Part shown: positions 24,890 to 35,885 of the stretch, one piece after another | Numbering within the stretch: the first letter of the stretch is position 1 | Layout of the letters: each line of letters begins with the position of its first letter | DNA from: Octopus bimaculoides | Lineage: Eukaryota | NCBI RefSeq assembly: GCF_001194135.2 | Contig: NC_068998.1 | Span: forward strand, 19,522,742-19,586,741 | DNA length: 64,000 bases | Direction of reading: 5' to 3' | Notes under the pieces: generated by a model | Database searches by the model: none | Seen by the model: only the letters and a program-made list of their open reading frames with translations | Told to the model about the DNA's origin: nothing | Position numbers and translations under genes: made by a program

Positions 24890-26155
24890 TTACTTGTTTT
24901 TTTTATTCATTGAAGTGTGGCTATGCTGGGGCATCACCTTGAAAGGTTCCGTCAAACAAATTGACCCCAAAGATTATTTTTTTAAGCCTAGTATTTATTT
25001 TGTTAATCTCTTTTGCTGGACCACTAAGTTATGGGGATGTAGTGTCCCAAAAGTCACCAATAGGTTTCAATTTTTGATAACTGCCTTAACTTTCCAAAGA
25101 AATGCATGAAAATTTGATACAATATAAAGGACATAATGGAGATTAATATGTACAAGTCAAATTTTGCAACACCACTACATCACATATGAAAAATGACATC
25201 GCTTAAATGGCAGCCATTTTTGGCTTCGCATGCCCGTGCACTTTCCAAGGCTTGCACCATAATACCCTCAAGAGTTTCAGGCTCCACTTCTGATTTCTCT
25301 ATTGATGCTCTCCTTCAGTTTGTTGATGTAAACCCTCTCATTCAGGTATCCCTACAAGAAAAAATCTGGGCTAGTCAAGTCTGGGGAATGTGAAGGCCAG
25401 TTGATATTCCCACAGTGGGAGATTGTTCTCTCTCTAAATCACTGCCATAACAACTGCATTGTTTCTCTTGCAGTATGAGCAGTTGCCCCATCTTGCTGGA
25501 TTCATGTGTGAGGTCTACTTTGAATGGCCAGGCACAAAAAGGTCTCAATCATGTATACCTGAAAGAGAGGGTTTATGTCAACAAACTGGAAACCCTGGTA
25601 TAACTGAAAGAGAGCATCAATAGAGAAATCAGAGAAGTGGGGCTTGTAACCCTTGAGGGTGTTATAGTACAAGTTTTGGAAAGAGCATGGGTGTGCAAGG
25701 CTGAAAATGGCTGTCATTTAAGTGATGTCCTTTTTGATATGTGATGTAGTGGTGTTGCAAAATTTGACTTGTGCATATTAATCTCCATTATGTCCTTTAT
25801 ATTGTATCAAACTTTTATGCATTTATTTGTAAAGCTAAGGCAGTTATCAAAAATTAAAACCCATCAGTGACTTTTGGGACACCCTGTATTAATCAAGGTA
25901 TACAGTATTATACACATCAATTAATATACCCACTCTAATGACAGGTATACAAGTGCATTTTTTCCTGACTTCTGGATTCTTAGACAGCTTACACACACAC
26001 ACACACACGCAATCCTCTACCAATTCCACTCACAAGACTGTGCTTGGTCTGGGGCTATAGAAGAAGACACTTGCCCAAGGTGCTGTACAGCGGGATTGAA
26101 ACCAAAACCACATAGTTGGGAAGTAAGCTTCTAAACCACACAGCCACACCTGCAC
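24890..26155 (-). mobile_element. SINE family A copy split by the DD41D foldback (tail 24890-25042, head ~25990-26155)
   Basis: Tail stops at ...AAGTTATGGGGATGTA; head blocks resume after the insertion. Confidence 0.7.
25043..25886. mobile_element. Palindromic Tc1/mariner derivative made of two inverted transposase 3' ends, DD41D-type spacing
   Basis: Left arm (minus) translates QQDGATAHTARETMQLLWQ*FRERTISHCGNINWPSHSPDLTSPDFFL*GYLNERVYINK, with 41 aa between the last two catalytic D. Right arm (~25553-25886) is its inverted copy ending ...TTTTGGGACACCCTG|TA. Confidence 0.85.
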
Positions 26156-27504
26156 CAATATGATGGAAATTTTTCATAATATTTGAATTTCAACTATTTT
26201 TAATCTATTACTTTCTTCTACTCTTGTTCTGTAGCACTTCTCCCCAAATGTAGTGCTTATTTTCAGGCCTCTAAAATCTTCCTTTTCTTAACTAATAGTT
26301 ATTTCAGCATATCAAATGACTCATTCTTTTACCATTATACATATGCTATACACAATAAAATGTAGCCTATATTTCAGGTTTACCAAGAATATTGAGATTG
26401 ATACAGAATCAATAATAGAGTTATCCCTTGTACAAGAAATATTAATAAACAAAATAATTTCAAAAGATACAAAGGATTGTTATTCAAACCCTGGAGAATA
26501 TACTTCAATAATTAATTCAAGTCTGACTTTTAGCTTGCTTTTCCTCAATTAAAACCATTGTTTAAGGAAAACAACCAATTTTTATTGTTTTTGGTATCAA
26601 TAAATCAATAATTTGTGTTAAACAGTAGCAGATGTTTAGTTAGGATGCTGAACTGTTAATGTTACTCTTGGTTCAAAAGTTACCAGTTCAAACACTGCTT
26701 GTTCCACTGTATCAGCCTTATGCAGAGTATATTATTCTCTACATTTCAGTAAACCTAATAAATATAATGCTCCTATTTCATGGTTATGTGGCATGATTAA
26801 GAAAAAACAAAAATATCAAAGTACATCAATAATTCATGCATAATATCCCTATATTAAAATCATCCAATCCCCAAGTATAAAGGTAAAAAAAATAAAAAAA
26901 CAAACAAGCAAACAAAAAAAAACAATGTAAATTGATATTACTGAAACTGATTGTAACTGAATTTGTATTAGAACGTATAAAAGGATGGGCACCAGAATTA
27001 ACAGAGTATCAGACGAAATGCCTTGCAAATATTTAGTTACACTTTTTGGCATTCTGAGTACAGATTCTATTAGAGTCATCTTCACTTTTCATACATCTGA
27101 TGAAGGTGCTGGTGATGATGCTGGGGTTAATAAAATAAGCACAATACAGGTACCGGGGTTATCTAATAGACTATACTCTCTTTCCCTGTGATCTTTAATT
27201 CCTTGGTTTATTTTAGGCATCACAACCAAGAACATGGCCTTCGGTAAGGCCTTCAATCTATATTATAAATCTTATTAATTACAATATAGCAGGTGCTGTA
27301 GAGTGATAGTAAATTCCTAATGAAACAAATCTGTGACAAGTTTCAAATTTCTTCTGTGAATCAATTCACTTCCCTTCTATTACTAATGTCATTGGGAAAG
27401 GTATGCACACCACAAATTTCTAACTCCTCTCTTTTTAATCTTTGCCACTACTCAAATGGTAACGTCTAAAATTCTACTAATCTCTTAAAAACTTACAACT
27501 AGAG

Positions 27505-27745
27505 GCTGATCTCAAGAGACTGAACCTTATTAAGGAGATGACAAAGGACCGAGTTATCTGGCACTTTGCTGTAATCAAGAAGACCTGTCTTCCACAGCAG
27601 AATTGATACCGATGCTGGTGCCACAGAGAAATCACCTAGTTCTCTGTGTGGAGTGGTTGGCATTAGGTAGGGCATCCAGAGACTGAGCTTTATGAAGGAG
27701 ATGACAATATCAGGTACCTTGCTGTACTCAAGATCTATCCACCAC
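27505..27745 (+). mobile_element. RTE LINE 3' fragment with partial internal duplication
   Basis: Similar to the reverse complement of 52640-52900. The motif AAGGAGATGACAA...TTGCTGTA(A/C)TCAAGA occurs twice. Confidence 0.6.
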
Positions 27746-29633
27746 AGTAGAATATTTGGGCTGGATATAGCTGGATTAAATACCAAAAAAGGTTAAAAAT
27801 AAATGCAAAAATCAGGTGCAGTTTCCTTCCCACCCCACCTCAGTTCCAAACAAAACTTAGAATTTATCAAAAATAAGGTACTTTGTTGCTTCTTGGTCCA
27901 ACCTACAGAATCTGCACCAAAATTTCAGAAGCACAAGAAGTGCTGTACACCTTTAATAAAAAAAATGTATTCCAGCTATAGAGAAAAACCATTTAAAATA
28001 TATCATAATACCCTGTTGAGCCACTACTGGTTTTATTCAGCAATATAACAGTATGTGTCTGGAGAATCCCTCAAAAATACACACAAACAACCACACAGAT
28101 TCATATGTACAGACACTCACACAGATTGACATGCACAGACACTCACACATTCATAAAGTCTACTTTGAAATGATTCCCACTTAACTTGTTACTAACCATA
28201 ATGTAGGGTTGTAAGTTAAGGATTAACCTACTTAAGAGTTTTAAGAGCTTGAATCATCTAAATATAGAAATGAATTTGTCACATGAAAATGAATTATATT
28301 TTACTAGCTTTTCTTCCACCACCACTCTCTTCCCTTCTCTCACTTGATTTATTTTCAATTGTTAGAGATTTGGTCATAAGGATAAATTGTGCTTTCATAT
28401 AAACCTTTATGTCAGTCTCTAGAATACTACACTCTTTTTGTTCATATTTTAGCCTTCCCATTACTTGTCTTTATTTGTTGAAGAATTGCTGAGAAAATAG
28501 TATTTCATTAATGTTATTATATTTGTCTCAAGACTTAACAGTCAAGAAGACAAGAAAATATCACAATGAAAATAATAGTCAGTATCGGTAAATGGAGTTT
28601 TTTCATAAGTACTGGATTTACTTGAGTACAATGCAATCTCATCTATAATGTGACCCTAGTGTTTTGTACCTAAAACCCAGTAAAATATTTTACCCTCTTA
28701 TCTTTTTTTTTTACAATTGAGAATAATGCCACCTCATAAATTTACTCCTTATACTTTGTATTAAATTTCTTGCATTATTCAAATATATATACAGTGTGTG
28801 TGTGTACGTGAGCGTATATGTGTGTATGTGTGTGTGTACATGTGTGTGTGTTTGTGCACGCATGTGTGTGTGCAGTAGGGTATTGCATATGTAGAGTCAT
28901 AATTGACCTCATCAAAAGGTCAATGTTTATATTTCTGTGTCATGTTCAAGTGAAGAAAGTTGATATGCTGGTTCAATCCACTAAAGTATAACAATATCAT
29001 GTATACGTACAGTTCAGAGCACTAAGGAGCAAGAATGCTAAATAATTTATGACTAGTTTTTCAGCTGGGGATGCCAAGTTCTCTTCTGAGACTGAAAAGT
29101 GCAATGAGAAACCACTTACATCCCATTAAAAGTAAAAAAAAATCCTCAAATGTGTTGATCAATTTTCCCTCCAAGCAGATTTTGATTAGTTATGGTTCAG
29201 ACAGCATGAAACATATTGGCATCACTCATTCAAAGGATATCTTTTTTGATAATTATAGATTTCAAGATGATATTGGAAGCTAACACTTCAAAACACCAGG
29301 AGAAACTATCTAAAGTCATAATATTCAATTATTCAATAATGGTTTCTACGACATGCACAGGGATATCAATTTTGAGGAAAAGAACAATCAATTATATTAA
29401 CTTTAGTAATTAACTGGTATTTATGTCATTGATCTTGGAAAGATGAAAAACAATGTAGACCATAGTGAGATCTGAACTCAAAACATAAATTGAACTTAAT
29501 AGAGCATAGCATCATTGCCAAAATTTGACACCAATATTATAATATATTATGATATAATTATTATAATATTAATTCATTGTTTGGGTTTTTTGAAAACCCT
29601 TATAAATGAACAAAAGGATAAAACAATGCTCAC

Positions 29634-29729
29634 CAATGTTTGGTACTGCCAAAGCATAGATGCCATCTAATTCTGCTACAACTGGTTCTTCATATAAGTT
29701 CTTCCAAGGTATTTTTAATGTTAGTTTAG
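29634..29729 (-). CDS. VPS13: VPS13 coding exon (equivalent to exon 4), 96 nt, (A)KLTLKIPWKNLYEEPVVAELDGIYALAVPNI
   Basis: tttctttacag|CTAAACTA...AACATTG|gtgagc. Contains the hallmark KLTLKIPWKNLY motif. Phase 1 to 1. Confidence 0.97.
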
Positions 29730-30654
29730 CTGTAAAGAAAAAGGTTTGGTTTTTCATATTTTATGTTAGTTTTCCTATTTTTTTTTATTATCAGATAAAC
29801 AACTCAAATTTAGACAAATTTAGAAAAGACATTGAAAAGCACACTTATGAAAATGCAGTTGAATATTTATAGACTTATCAAATGACTTATTCTTATTTCA
29901 GATAAATTAACCTGAAGAGAAGGGTGGAGCTCATAAGCTTTACAAATCTCTACTTGATTTGGGAATAGAAATTGTTGTATAAATACAATTTAAAAGTCAG
30001 CTGTAGAAAAGATTGACAGAGGGGGTGGATTTCCACAGTAATACAGTTTTGACGAGGGAGGATTGGGAAAAAATAATTAGAGTATGAACCATAAGAGTTA
30101 AAGGGTGAAGAGATAGGTGAAACAGAAGGGATGAGCACAAATGACAAAGATATATCATTAACAAGTTGAGAGGAACAGAACCCATTGAAATAATTGATGG
30201 TAGAAGAGACAAAAAAAGAAAGCAGCTAAGCTTTTCAAGAATATTTTGAAAATCATTGGTAAGTGAAATTTACTCTATTTTAAAACTGATGATCAAATAC
30301 TAAGCACCAATTGTTTTTCATTCTTTCTGCTTTGTTTTTTTTTGTATAGATTTGGGGAATATTTAGCTGTTGTCTCTATCATCTAGAGGTGACTATGTTG
30401 AAGTTCTCAATGTTGATTCAAGTAAAGGTTTATTTCTCAAAATAGTATATTATTTCTGTTACGCAATATTATTTGTTCATGATAGCAGCTGTGATCACAA
30501 TGTATTGTTACTGATTTACAAAACTGGTGTTTAATAATTTCTGAAGATTTTGAATGCAAGAGAAATTTCAAAATGTGCTATTTTCTCTTCACAATGATTT
30601 GGTTTTCATAAATTTTATAGGTAAAGTAGGTAAATATATTCAAACTATCAGAAA

Positions 30655-31044
30655 CTTGATGTTGTTGGCACTCCGTTGCTTACAACGTTGAGGGTTCCAG
30701 TTGATCCGATCAACAGAACAGCCTGCTCATGAAATTAACATGCATGTGGCTGAGCATTCCACAGACACGTGTACCCTTAACGTAGTTCTCGGGGAGATTC
30801 AGCGTGACACAGTGTGACAAGGCTGGCCCTTTGAATTACAGGCACAACAGAAACAGGAAGAAAGAGTGAGAGAAAGTTGTGGTGGAAGAGTACAGCAGGG
30901 TTCGCCACCATCCCCTGCCGGAGCCTCGTGGAGCTTTAGGTGTTTTCGCTCAATAAACACTCACAATGTCTGGTCTGGGAATCGAAACCGCGATCCTATG
31001 AGCGCGAGTCCGCTGCTTTAACCACTGGGTCATTGCGCCTCCAC
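30655..31044 (-). mobile_element. Young full-length tRNA-derived SINE with perfect 35-bp target-site duplication
   Basis: Head GTGGAGGCGCAATGACCCAGTGGTTAAAGC...GGTTTCGATTCCC (A/B boxes) and CAA-type tail. GGTAAAGTAGGTAAATATATTCAAACTATCAGAAA occurs at 30620-30654 and 31045-31079. Confidence 0.92.
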
Positions 31045-31922
31045 GGTAAAGTAGGTAAATATATTCAAACTATCAGAAAGTAGATTATGCATTAACTGCT
31101 AAGATTTTAATATAAATGATATTAGACATCATAAAACCCAATTACCTGTGGGATTTTGACTTTTTTTCTGTCTCAACAGATGCTTATTAACTGAAAGCAC
31201 ATCCTACTTGCAATGCACAGTTTATTTATCAACAATGGTTTCATTGTAGTATACGTAAAATTTCTTGATTCATTGCATTACATATATCAGAACAAGCCAA
31301 ACCACTCAGATTTTTATACTGAGCAAGCATGCTGCTGCTAGAAATAGCAACCAAATTTCCTTCAAATCACACTCTAAGGAGTTAAAAAAAAGAATGTGTC
31401 GGATTATGCTCCCCAGCAACACATTAACCTGAATAAATACGGAATGGTCTTGGTTCGAACACTTGTGTTCATAAATCAGTTCAACTGGGGCTTAACTGGA
31501 ACCAAATAATGGTAATAGCATCTTTCTGGAGTTATAAACTTAAGGCAATACCAATAAGATACATGCATGCATGTATGTACATTTTAATTTCCTTCATAAA
31601 ATTTAGCCTTGTACCAACCTAATCAATAGAAATCTGTGATCATGTGGATGTGTAGATAAGGGAATGGTTCTTCATGAAAAGAATCAGTAACTGTTTTAAG
31701 TCATGAAGTTAATGTAATTTCTTATCCTTTCCATGTCCAATTAGGTAATCATTATCATCATTACTATAATAATCAATGATATAAAATCCATGATTTGCAT
31801 GAAATTTATTATACACATCAATGAAAAGTGATGTGTAAACAATTGAACTAATGATGGTAGAGGATTGGGATGATTTCAAAGGTTTAATTTTAATTTTAAA
31901 AAAATCATAAAATATATCTTAC

Positions 31923-31965
31923 CAATATGTCCAACTTTTATCTTCACTGGTAAATCAAGATCATC
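31923..31965 (-). CDS. VPS13: VPS13 coding exon (equivalent to exon 3), 43 nt, DDLDLPVKIKVGHI
   Basis: Minus strand ttttttctag|GATGATCTT...CATATTG|gtaaga. Matches the VPS13 LDLPxKxKxGHI motif. Phase 0 to 1. Confidence 0.93.
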
Positions 31966-32310
31966 CTAGAAAAAAAAAATGGAAAGCATTTTAATGGTTA
32001 TTATTGTGCTAAAAGGTAAGAATGGGGTGTATATATACTAGTTTCAAGTTTTTGGCACAAGGCCAGCAATTGTGAGTGACAGGTAAGTCAATTACACTGA
32101 CCCCAGTGTTCAACTGGTACTTATTTTATCGACCCTGAAAGGATGAAAAGCAAAATTGACCTTGGCAGAATTCAAAATCAGAAATTAAAAATGAACAAAA
32201 TACCGCTAAGCATTTTGCTTGGCATGCTAAGAATGCTAACAGTTCTACCAGCTTGCCACCTTATGGTGTGTGTTGTGTGCATGTGTATATATATATATAT
32301 ATATATACAT

Positions 32311-32341
<31 letters not shown>

Positions 32342-32462
32342 CATACATACATGTATGTATGTGTATATATATACATACATANNNNNNNNNNNNNNNNNNN
32401 NNNNNNNNNNNNNNNNNNNNNNNNNNNNNNNNNNNNNNNNNNNNNNNNNNNNNNNNNNNNNN

Positions 32463-32850
32463 TATGTATTTATTTATTTATTTATTTATTTATTTATGTG
32501 TTTCAGCCAAGTGGCTGCGGTCATGCTGGTGCACCACCGTGATTTTCACGTTCCTTGCATGGCTCTTCTCCCCCACCTGACATGGTCCAATCAAGAGTTT
32601 TGATGGCACATCTGGTGTATAAGAGAATTTGACACAGCTGCCCTAAACTGCGTCTCATTACGAGCTATTGGTTCGTCTGGTATCGTGGAGAGGAAAGCGT
32701 CAAGTTTTGTCTTGAAGACCTCCGCATCCATGTCTTGCATGTCTCTCAAATGTATGGCTGAGAGGTTTGCTATGCAATTACATGGGGTTGGGGTTTGATC
32801 CTGCAGTGTGGAATCCTGGGTGTCTCCTATTAGGAAGACACTGAGGTTAC
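32463..32850 (-). mobile_element. 3' end of a CR1/L2-group LINE with (TAAA)n tail
   Basis: Minus ORF ...HLRDMQDMDAEVFKTKLDAFLSTIPDEP...RAAVSNSL, then a short 3' UTR and AT-rich tail. Clade assigned from motif recall. Confidence 0.75.
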
Positions 32851-33282
32851 AATTCACCTCTAGCTAGCCAATGCCTTGTGAGTGAAATTTGGTTGACAGA
32901 AACTGCATAGAAGCTTATTGTGTATATGTGTGTGTGCATCATCATGAACTTTGATATGCAAACCCAATAAATATCTTGAAGTGTTCAAATGTCATCTTGA
33001 CTTACAGAATTTTCACAATATTCTTCCAGTATGTTTTTTTAATTTACAATTTCTGCTCAGTCTCTAAAACATAGTATATGCTTTTATTTAAAATATGACA
33101 TTTAAACTTGTCGGGACTACAAGACTGTTTTATGAACAATTAATCAGTGCTTGTTATAATGAGCACCATGGTCATCAAAAAAGGTATATGGTTCTTCCCC
33201 ATGCTTAGTAATAGCAGCCAAATCTCCCTCAAATTTTTGTAATTTTACTTTTAACAAAGAAAGGAAACGTTAGCTAATCCTT

Positions 33283-34707
33283 TCTACTCTAGGCACAAGG
33301 CCTGAAATTTTATGAGGAGGGGCTAGTCAATTATATTGACCCCAGTGTTCAACTGGTACTTATGAGGTCCAATCAAAAGTATCAGGACTGGTGCTATAAA
33401 AAGAAAACATCAATTCAGCGTTTAGTCTTCTTCAAAGTAGTCCCCTTCTGAAGCCACAAACTTTACCCAGCATTGTTTCCATTGATGGAAGCATTCCTGG
33501 AACTCCTTTTCTAGGGATAGTGAGCAGCTGCCTTGTTGTATTCTCTTGATGTCTAGAAATCTTGTTTATTTCAAGTGGGATTTAATTTTGGAAAGTGGCA
33601 AAAGTTACAAGAGACAAGATCTGGGAACATGGTGGTTGTTAGACCTGGGGAATGTTGTGCATCAGTAAATAATATAGTTATCACATACAACTACAATGCA
33701 ACATATCACAATAGTATTCCTTGTTTACTGTCTGACTCAGTGGGGCATACTCATGATGAACAATGCCCTTGTAGTTGAAAGAAACTGTCAACAGTGTCTT
33801 TACATTGCTTTGACTCATTCATGCTTTCTTTGGTCTCAGAGACATTGGGGTCTTCCACTATGAAGACTGAGCCTTAGTTTTGCGATTGTAGCCATAGACC
33901 CATGACTTGTCAATTGTAAAACCATTTCCAAAATGTTTTTTACTTCCTTGATACAATCAAGGAGATTCTGTGCAGCTGAAACCTGATCTACTTTTTGATC
34001 AACTGAAAGCAGTTTTGACACAAACTTGGCAGATACATATCTCGTACCCAAATCTTCAGTGAGAGTAGACTGAAATGAACTGTAAATAATGTTCACATCC
34101 TCTGACAACTTACGCACAGTGATTCGACAGTCTATCCAAAAAGCTGCATAGATATCTCTGATGTTTTCATCAGTTCTGCTGGTGTGGGCTTCCCAGAATG
34201 AGCGTCACTATTAACATTTTGTTGGCCATCTTGGAAACTTTTGAACCACTTGTACACTTGTGTCCAGCTCAAACATTCCTTCTCATACATCTACTGCAAC
34301 TTTGCATAGGTTTCTGCACAGGTATCACCAAGCTATTTGCAAAATTGGATGCAGATTCTCTACTTAATTCCTCTGCCATGGTCACTGATGGAACCTTAGT
34401 GGTGTGGTGAGATGACCACACCCTATGCACTTTACTTCAAAGCATTGCTTTACACAATGGAAGTGAGCAAGAATGTTATAACTAAGCGAGCATGCATGAC
34501 AGAGTTCAATACCAATCTGTGCCAAGTGGCTTCACCCTGCATAATTTAGTTCCATTACCGATACTTTTTGATCAGACCTTGTATTTCATCTAAAAAGACA
34601 AAAGGAAAAGTTAATCGCAATGGAATTTGAACGATGGACATAGATCTTGAAGAAATGTAGTTAAGCATTATGCCTGGTGCATTAATAATTCTGCCAGTTT
34701 GGTGCCT
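33283..34707 (-). mobile_element. SINE family B copy interrupted by the mariner
   Basis: CAACTGGTACTTA|mariner|TATTTCATC...TTCTGCCAGTTTGGTGCCTT rejoins into one family B copy. Confidence 0.75.
33363..34581 (-). mobile_element. Decayed near full-length mariner DNA transposon with TA target duplication
   Basis: TIRs TA|TGAGGTCCAATCAAAAGTATC and GATACTTTTTGATCAGACCTTG|TA. Minus-strand translation SEDVNIIYSSFQSTLTEDLGTRYVSAKFVSKLL, plus degraded DESW and SPDL-like motifs. Confidence 0.9.
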
Positions 34708-35191
34708 TGGACGTATTAGATAATGTTATTCTACTTCCTCCTAAAATATACAAGACGGTCATGAGTGGAACACCTTTGGTCATTAGCCTGATTAAACAGG
34801 GTTGGCTTGGAGTAAAGCAACAACAACAATATAGAGTATCTTGAAATTATTAAGGACCAAATTATTTTTAGTAGTTGAAATTCAAGAAGACCAATACTGG
34901 TCTGCATTCATCAAAACCAATTCTTCAGAAGTTGTTATTGTTTTTGACCAAGATCTGTTTTGGTTAAACATGTCTACGACCCACTGACATGAAGTTTTAA
35001 TCCAGAAAAATGTTAATGAACTCAGATGTATGAACTCAATAAATTTCTACAACAGTCATTTTGGTTCACATCATTCTTGCCAACAATATACTTAAATTAT
35101 TTTTTCACAATTTCTGCTCAATTCCTAAAACAAGTTTACTCTCATTTAACATATGACATTTAAACATATGTAGACAGTCATGCCTGTGCCT

Positions 35192-35885
35192 ATGTTTAAA
35201 TGTCAGTGTGGTTAAGAAGCTTGCTTTGCAACCATGTAATTTTGGGTTCAGCTCCACTGCATGGCACCTTTGGCAAATGTTTTCTATTATAACGCCAGAT
35301 TGGCCAATGCCTTGTCAGTGAATTTTGTAGACAAAAACTGTGTGGAAGCCCATCATATGTGAGTGTGTAAGTAATGAGTGTGTGTGTGTGTGTGTGTGTG
35401 CATGTGATGCGTGTGCATGTGATGCATGTGCGAATGATATGTGTACGAGTGATGCATGTGTGTGTGCGAGTGATGCGTGTGTGTGTGTGCGAGTGATGCG
35501 TGTGTGTGTGTGCGAGTACTGCATGTATGTGTGCAAGTGATGCGTGTACGTGTACGAGTGATTCATGTATGTGTGCAAGTGATGCGTGTATGTGTGTGAG
35601 TGATGCATGCATGTGTGCGAGTGATGTGTGTATGTGTGTGAGTGATGCATGTATGTGTGCGAGTGATGCGTGTATGTGTGCGATGTGTGTGTCATGTGTG
35701 TGTGTTCCATTTTACAACCAGTGTTGGTTTGTTTACAACCCCATAACTCAGCATTTTGGCAAAAGAGATCAATAGAACAGTACCAGAGTTTAAAATAAGT
35801 ACTGGGGAGGTGGGGTTAATCAGCTTGACTATAACCCTTCAGTATCCAGCATGGCTGCAGTTCAATGACTGGTACAAGTAAAAGT
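35192..35885 (+). mobile_element. SINE family A copy with internal minisatellite expansion
   Basis: Head 35192-35360, repeat 35370-35700, tail 35715-35885. Confidence 0.8.
35370..35700. repeat. ~22-bp minisatellite GAGTGATGC(A/G)TGT(A/G)TGTGTGC built on (TG)n
   Basis: Directly visible periodicity. Confidence 0.9.

Noticed and set aside
29890-29915. Plus-strand TTTCAG|ATAAATTAACC resembling the VPS13 (D)KLT exon start
   Set aside because: Wrong strand for the gene and followed immediately by TGA.
30960-31044. tRNA gene
   Set aside because: The tRNA-like A/B-box head continues into a SINE body with tail and TSD, and no acceptor stem closes. The same holds for family A and B heads.
35196-35775. 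His/Thr- or Cys/Val-rich ORFs
   Set aside because: Translations of TG/CA-based repeats; the same applies to 37533-37901, 56914-57458 and 62618-62844.
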